Positions 54,796 through 60,146 of a stretch of DNA of 60,146 nucleotides are shown here, in pieces (the stretch's first letter is position 1; every line of letters begins with the position of its first letter). The notes beneath the pieces are model-generated. The model did no database searches. It saw nothing but the letters and a program-made list of their open reading frames with translations, and was not told the DNA's origin. Source of the stretch: an uncultured Bacilli bacterium (GTDB lineage Bacteria > Bacillota_I > Bacilli_A > RF39 > UBA660). The stretch covers positions 1 to 60,146 of the forward strand of contig CANRCZ010000004.1 in NCBI GenBank assembly GCA_947629265.1, given 5' to 3'. Position numbers and translations under genes: made by a program.

Positions 54796-56852
54796 TGATC
54801 ATTCTCCTTGATTATAGAATCTTGTTCTTTTGTTTTTTCAATTAAATTATAGACAATAATCGAATTAGATATCGAAATAAGTTTTTCAGAATATTGATTA
54901 TACTTTTCAATATAATCGACACTAACTGTCTCATTTTCATTCAACAATTTAAATTCATCCTTACTGCGGTTGTAATATATCTTATCAGTTATCCAGTTAC
55001 CATCTGGTAAGACAACAACATTTTCATCAATACTGAATATATCATGTCCTAAAGCGTATTCGTTTTTATAACCGAACATATTACCTAAAGTTGGTGATAT
55101 ATCGTACATTCCCATTACTTTGGTATATTCACCTTGGATTTTTTTCCTTAATTTAGTATCTTTAGTCCATATAATAAATGGTACTTTACGATTTAATTCA
55201 TACTCATAATAATCTACATCTTGATAATTTTCATCATCCTTAGATAAGAAAGTATCAGTTAAATAATCATAATTTTTTAACTTGCGGTATTCACTTTTCT
55301 TAATTTTAGCATCATGATCACCATAGATAACGACAACCGTATTATCAAGTAATCCCTCTTTATCTAAGCCATCGATTAGTTCTCCTATAGCTTCATCAGC
55401 ATAATGAGCGGATTTAAAATAGTATCCTAATTTAGTTCCCTCCATATAAGGGGCTACTTTTTCTTCATGCGTAACAGGATCGGTATATTTGTATGTAACC
55501 TCATAATCGCTGATAGGATTACCTTTATCAGTAAATGGTGTATGATTAGTTAACATGATAAGATTACCAAAGAATTTATCGTGTTCTTCACTTATACCTT
55601 TAATGATAGATATTGATTGTCTAAAGAATGATTTATCGGTTAAACCAAGTCCTAATGTTTCATCAATATCGTAATCTTTAGTATAACAATAGAAATTATC
55701 GTATCCTAAACTTTTATGGAAACTATTTCTATTCCAGTAGCTACAATTGTTACCATGCATACTAAAGACATAATAACCTTTTTCTTTTAATAACTTTTGA
55801 TTAGTTACATAATTTCTATCAAAATAACTTACGGAAACAGTACCACTACTAGCTGGTAATAAACCAGATGAATTAGTAAATTCACTATCACTAGATGTAC
55901 CTACACTTTCTTGGGCATAAAAGTTAGAAAAATACATACCCTCACTAGCGAGTTTTCTTAAATTAGGTGTTACGTATTCACCATTGAAACTTGTATCTAA
56001 TAAAAATTTTTGAATACTTTCAGCATGGATCATAATGATATTTTTACCCTCAAAAATACCAGTATATTTATTTTTAGGTGATTCTTCTTTTTCTTGATAA
56101 AATATTCTAAAATTACGAGCTGCTTCATCATAACCGAATAATGGGTTTAGTTTAGCTTGAATCGTCGCTAATAAGTCATTAGCTTGATAAACGTAGATAC
56201 CATATTTCATAACGACGTATTCCCTATTCCATTGTTTGCTAAGACGACTTATATCCGTACTTGATAAAGTCGATATAAAAGCTCCTAAGGTAATTAGACC
56301 AACAACCATAGTATTTAAAGCTCTAATTTTACCTTTTTCAATTTTGGATACTTTATTATAGTAATCTTTTTTCTTTAAGTATTTATTTACAAAGACCATC
56401 GCTAAAATCTGATATAAATATGAAAAATCTTTTAATTCCATAACATTATCGATAACAGCATCAGATACATCACCTAATTGTAATGATGTTTTTAAAAGGG
56501 AAAATGATACGAATGATAAAAAGTTAGTATAGTATACAGTGTTTATTATACATAATAACGTGATAATAATAGACCATGTGAAAAAGTACTTAAATTGGTT
56601 TTTAGGTTTTAAAAAGTAACCTATGGAACCAATAATTAAAATAAAGGCTAAATCGGCTAAAAAAGGACTTAGGCTAAAAAATGTTTTAAATGTAAAGTAT
56701 CTAAGTAATGATGCACTAAATAATGATGTTATGACAAACGTAAAAAACAATATGTTAGTCTTACAGTACATTATAACATTTTTACTTGTTTTCTTTAGCA
56801 TTTTATTCATTTTATTTTTAACTTTTTCTACTTGTTTTTTGTTAATCTTCAT
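54792..56852 (-). CDS. ltaS: Lipoteichoic acid synthase family protein (LtaS-type sulfatase-fold enzyme)
   Basis: Five N-terminal transmembrane segments and an extracellular domain containing MIHAESIQ, QESVGTSSDSEFT, NHTPF and VIYGDHD. Confidence 0.85.
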   Translation of the reverse strand: MKINKKQVEKVKNKMNKMLKKTSKNVIMYCKTNILFFTFVITSLFSASLLRYFTFKTFFSLSPFLADLAFILIIGSIGYFLKPKNQFKYFFTWSIIITLLCIINTVYYTNFLSFVSFSLLKTSLQLGDVSDAVIDNVMELKDFSYLYQILAMVFVNKYLKKKDYYNKVSKIEKGKIRALNTMVVGLITLGAFISTLSSTDISRLSKQWNREYVVMKYGIYVYQANDLLATIQAKLNPLFGYDEAARNFRIFYQEKEESPKNKYTGIFEGKNIIMIHAESIQKFLLDTSFNGEYVTPNLRKLASEGMYFSNFYAQESVGTSSDSEFTNSSGLLPASSGTVSVSYFDRNYVTNQKLLKEKGYYVFSMHGNNCSYWNRNSFHKSLGYDNFYCYTKDYDIDETLGLGLTDKSFFRQSISIIKGISEEHDKFFGNLIMLTNHTPFTDKGNPISDYEVTYKYTDPVTHEEKVAPYMEGTKLGYYFKSAHYADEAIGELIDGLDKEGLLDNTVVVIYGDHDAKIKKSEYRKLKNYDYLTDTFLSKDDENYQDVDYYEYELNRKVPFIIWTKDTKLRKKIQGEYTKVMGMYDISPTLGNMFGYKNEYALGHDIFSIDENVVVLPDGNWITDKIYYNRSKDEFKLLNENETVSVDYIEKYNQYSEKLISISNSIIVYNLIEKTKEQDSIIKENDQ

Positions 56853-56945
56853 CGATTATTTTCACCTCTTAATCTCTATAAGTATAACACCATTAAGATT
56901 ATTTTTCAATTATATTTATCAAATTAAAAGTACCTTTTACAGGTA

Positions 56946-58268
56946 CTAATTTTTTAAAGCTTTAAGCATCTTTTTCCATAAACCAGTTGATGAATAGTTT
57001 AAAATGCCTACTTTATATATTTTTAAACCATATTTAGTTAATAGGTATATCGTTAAAATCATCAAGATAATTGATATGCCAACGTCCATTAAACCGATTT
57101 CACCTAATACTAGTAGTGATGGTGATACGATCGCGGATATAAATGGAATATATGACATGACTCTAATGAAAATGGAACCCTCAAAATTAGAGGCCATAAC
57201 GGCGAAATAATAACCGATTAATAAGACGATCATGATTGGTGTTTGTAGCTGTTGAAAATCTTCGGTATTGGTTGTTACACTAGCTAGAATACCAGCTACT
57301 AGAGAATAAGCTACAAAGGTTAGTAACATTAAAACAAGAACGATAGGAATGGTATATAGTAATTTATTGATAATATCGTTACCCATGACGTCTTTCGCTA
57401 TCGATGTTACTTGTAATACAACGCCACTATTTAATGATCCACCAAAAATTTTTCTAGATAGTATAGCGATTGCGGAATAGATTAGTAATAATAATCCTTG
57501 CATGATAACAAAGGTGTTACCAGCTATAACTTTAGAATAAAAGTGAGTTTTAGCAGATACGTTTGATATGATTATTTCCATTCCTCTTGTCGTTTTTTCA
57601 TCGTTTACCTCAGCACCAATCATCTGAATTAGAATGGTTGTCAACATGAAAAATGGTAATATGATAAATGGGAAAACGGTCGTCATAATCATACTTTGAC
57701 TCTCTTCTTCGGATTTTTTATTTTCATCAATATATTCTCTTTTTATATCGATAGCGCTATAGATTTTATTGATCTCTTCTTTATCGATATTGGATAGTGA
57801 TAAAGCGATATTTATTTTAGTGTTATTTATGGATGTATTTAGTATTTGATAATCGATATTATCGATATATTCTTTACTTATTAAGGTTACGTCTAGGTAA
57901 TTATTTTCATCTTTATCGACGATTAAACCGATTATTTTATCATCTTTTTCGATTTCTTTTTTTAGTTCTTCTTTAGTTTTGGAATATTTTTTTATTTCAA
58001 AATTGCTTTCACCATCGTTATAAGTTTCACTGGTAGTAGTTACTAAATTAGCTAAGGTATCATAGGTATAACTAGTATTATCGACGATATATAGTTTATT
58101 TTTTTCATCGAAATCACCACCGAAAAAATTAATTATGTTATCGATATTAACGATACCGATAATCGCTATTAAAAGTAATATGTTAGCGATAGCGAACCAT
58201 TTGGTTTTAATTTTTCTTTTAAGACTGACACCTGTTAGATACCATAGTTTACTTTTCATAATTTTCAC
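56946..58268 (-). CDS. ABC-2 type transporter permease (NatB-like architecture)
   Basis: One N-terminal transmembrane segment, a large extracytoplasmic loop and about five C-terminal transmembrane segments. It overlaps the upstream ATPase gene. Confidence 0.75.
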   Translation of the reverse strand: MKIMKSKLWYLTGVSLKRKIKTKWFAIANILLLIAIIGIVNIDNIINFFGGDFDEKNKLYIVDNTSYTYDTLANLVTTTSETYNDGESNFEIKKYSKTKEELKKEIEKDDKIIGLIVDKDENNYLDVTLISKEYIDNIDYQILNTSINNTKINIALSLSNIDKEEINKIYSAIDIKREYIDENKKSEEESQSMIMTTVFPFIILPFFMLTTILIQMIGAEVNDEKTTRGMEIIISNVSAKTHFYSKVIAGNTFVIMQGLLLLIYSAIAILSRKIFGGSLNSGVVLQVTSIAKDVMGNDIINKLLYTIPIVLVLMLLTFVAYSLVAGILASVTTNTEDFQQLQTPIMIVLLIGYYFAVMASNFEGSIFIRVMSYIPFISAIVSPSLLVLGEIGLMDVGISIILMILTIYLLTKYGLKIYKVGILNYSSTGLWKKMLKALKN

Positions 58269-59145
58269 CTACTTTTGATACAAATATTTCATTTAATGAT
58301 GGTTCTTCGACTAAGAATTTGGTTATTTTGTTGTTTTTTACAGCTTTAAATACGTCATCGACAACGGTTTTATCGTTTATTTTTATTTCGTATTCGTTAG
58401 CGAGTTCGGTTACTTTTATAACACCCTCGATTTTTTCGATTTTTTTAGTATCGATATCCCCTTTAATTAGGATATTTTTCTTACCATACTTTTCTTTTAT
58501 TTTATCTAGTTCACCTTGTAAAACGGTTTTACCGTTTTGTAATATCAACAGTTTTTTACAGAATAATTCGACATGTTCCATTCGATGGGATGAGAAGATA
58601 ATCATACTACCACTATTTGATAGTTCGGTTATTTTGTTTTTAAATAGTTCGATATTGAATGGATCTAAGCCAGAAAATGGTTCATCTAGTATAAGTAATG
58701 ATGGATCATTTATAATCGCCATGATAAATTGAACTTTTTGTTGATTACCTTTGGATAGTTCTTTTATTTTTTTATTTTTGTATTGTGATATTCCAAATTC
58801 TTCTAAAAGGTCATCTAGTTTTTGTAAAATTTTATTTTTATTCATACCTTTTAATGTTCCATAAAATAGGGCTTGTTCTTTTACTGATAGTTTGGTTAAT
58901 AAACTCCTCTCTTCGGTTAAAAAGCCTATTTTATCGGTTACGTCGTAATCAATTTTTTTACCATCTAGGGTAATATTACCGTCGGTTACGTCTAGTAAGC
59001 CCATAATCATTCTAAAGGTGGTTGTTTTACCAGCTCCGTTTACACCTAGCAAGCCAAATATTTCACCTTTGTTTACGGTAAATGATAAGTTATCTACGGC
59101 TTTAAAGTCACCATAGTATTTTGTTACATTTTCTACTTTTAACAT
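58249..59145 (-). CDS. ABC transporter ATP-binding protein (NatA-like)
   Basis: Walker A GVNGAGKTT, signature LSKGNQQKVQF, Walker B LLILDEPFSGLD. Confidence 0.9.
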   Translation of the reverse strand: MLKVENVTKYYGDFKAVDNLSFTVNKGEIFGLLGVNGAGKTTTFRMIMGLLDVTDGNITLDGKKIDYDVTDKIGFLTEERSLLTKLSVKEQALFYGTLKGMNKNKILQKLDDLLEEFGISQYKNKKIKELSKGNQQKVQFIMAIINDPSLLILDEPFSGLDPFNIELFKNKITELSNSGSMIIFSSHRMEHVELFCKKLLILQNGKTVLQGELDKIKEKYGKKNILIKGDIDTKKIEKIEGVIKVTELANEYEIKINDKTVVDDVFKAVKNNKITKFLVEEPSLNEIFVSKVGENYEK

Positions 59146-59281
59146 AATTCCTCCTAATTTTAATTATAACATATTTTTAATTCAATTATTAATTTTATGA
59201 TAAATTTTAACATTGAATAGATTTTATTATAGTATATACAGTTTAAATTTTTTATCGAATTTTAGAAAATAGTTACAAATT

Positions 59282-59311
59282 AAAAAATCTAACATTGTTT
59301 TTATGTTAGAT
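59282..59311 (-). terminator. Rho-independent terminator after the 59323 gene
   Basis: The minus strand reads ATCTAACAT-AAAAACA-ATGTTAGAT followed by TTTTT. Confidence 0.65.
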
Positions 59312-59322
59312 TGTATATTTTT

Positions 59323-60146
59323 TTATGGTTGTACTAGTGTCCATGCTTCTTGTTTAAATTCATCTTGTCCTTTGCCTGTTGTTAGGATTTTTGATTTTAA
59401 AACTACAACGGGGCGAATGCCAAGTGCCTTACCATAGAATGGACCATTACAATAGATACAACCTGCAGTATTTGCATACCACAAACTATTGTTATCGTAA
59501 ACAGTAGCTAGAAAATAATATGTTCTTGTTGCTCGTAAATCTTTATCAGTAGAACTTGTATTACCAGTGATTTTTTCGGCTTCTTCTTTAGTCATTATGT
59601 GGTCAGATTGAGCAAATGTTTCGTTCACGTACACATTTGTATGCTCTTGCAATAATTTTACACTATCGACACTAGATCCTGATGCATGATAGTAACATTC
59701 GGGTTGGCCGGCATGCACGATGGTTACATCATGAGTATCTTTATTTACGGTAAGTACTCTCCATCCTTTTAATGTTGTTGTACCATAACCACTACTACAC
59801 TCTGATGTACTGGTATTTTTACTCTGTCCATTTGCATATCCGCCAAAGTTACCTTGTGTTGTTGGCATTCCAGCACTAACTTTCCATATACCAGCATCAT
59901 ACGCTACGTAATCTCCAATTTGTGCTACATCTGCTAAATAAACATTTGATTTCTGCTTTTCTAATTCTTCAATTTTAACCAACGACGTATTGATTAACTC
60001 ATCTAATGCTTTCTTTAATGTTGTTAAATTTCCATCTTTTTTCTGGTAGCTCACACCATCACTAGTCAATTGACTAGCTCCATATGTTATACCATTAGTT
60101 ACCACTAATAGTACTAATATTATTAGTAGATAACCCCCCCCCAAGC
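59323..60146 (-). CDS. Partial (5' end beyond the window) membrane-anchored protein sharing the C-terminal domain of the 43302 pilin-like protein
   Basis: Hydrophobic N-terminal helix LLIILVLLVVTNG. The C-terminal domain contains GDYVAYDAGIW...PTTQGNFGGYANGQSKN...LKGWRVL...VTIVHAGQPECYYHA...GIRPVVVLK, colinear with 43302-43925. Confidence 0.8.
   Translation of the reverse strand, partial: LGGGYLLIILVLLVVTNGITYGASQLTSDGVSYQKKDGNLTTLKKALDELINTSLVKIEELEKQKSNVYLADVAQIGDYVAYDAGIWKVSAGMPTTQGNFGGYANGQSKNTSTSECSSGYGTTTLKGWRVLTVNKDTHDVTIVHAGQPECYYHASGSSVDSVKLLQEHTNVYVNETFAQSDHIMTKEEAEKITGNTSSTDKDLRATRTYYFLATVYDNNSLWYANTAGCIYCNGPFYGKALGIRPVVVLKSKILTTGKGQDEFKQEAWTLVQP

Noticed and set aside
1-60146. 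Extreme AT-richness suggested a Mollicutes-type genetic code (UGA read as Trp).
   Set aside because: Trp in the 45 FW motifs and elsewhere is always encoded by TGG (plus-strand ccaaaa). A prfB gene with the UGA-dependent frameshift is present. The long ORFs are uninterrupted under code 11.

Overview
AT-rich, low-GC Firmicute-like chromosomal segment, transcribed almost entirely from the minus strand. It uses the standard genetic code: Trp is TGG throughout, and an RF2 gene carries the classic UGA +1 frameshift.

Housekeeping backbone: RluA-family pseudouridine synthase, ftsE-ftsX, a YitT-like gene, prfB, a VanY-type peptidase, a CDF transporter, polA, ftsA-ftsZ, ltaS and an ABC-2 exporter. 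serS and leuS each sit behind a T-box leader.

The standout is a 16.2-kb operon-like tandem array of nine intact paralogous genes (5316-21509, minus strand, 5366 aa in total).
- Each gene encodes 2 to 11 copies (45 in all) of a roughly 60-77-aa helical repeat with core ..EYIELLNxGYxPK..F.NG..IN.FW..NK.KII..LNNDPKYQVGYE.AK...
- Each repeat region is followed by a conserved, acidic, roughly 200-aa C-terminal module.
- None has a signal peptide or transmembrane segment.
- The genes are linked by 10-15-nt spacers carrying Shine-Dalgarno sequences.
- There is nucleotide-level evidence of cassette exchange between paralogs.
- A 1050-aa secreted Cys-rich protein lies immediately downstream.
- I cannot assign a function. 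This is the best candidate for an undescribed system in the window.

Other notable items:
- LeuRS carries a roughly 135-aa inserted Nudix-box domain.
- A mosaic of 33-aa hydrophobic-peptide cassettes with convergent consensus promoters and bidirectional terminators resembles decaying type I toxin-antitoxin loci (60-1000).
- Two pilin/anchor-headed proteins share an uncharacterised C-terminal domain.
- A three-gene surface operon (lipoprotein, 1980-aa repeat protein, CxxC thioredoxin-like protein) sits next to an XRE regulator and a palindromic operator-like cluster.
- There is a degenerate HD-GYP protein.
- There is a zinc-ribbon membrane protein with an N/Q-rich repeat region.

No rRNA, tRNA, CRISPR array, transposase or integrase was recognised. 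All coordinates and motifs come from reading the sequence by hand; no database search was possible.
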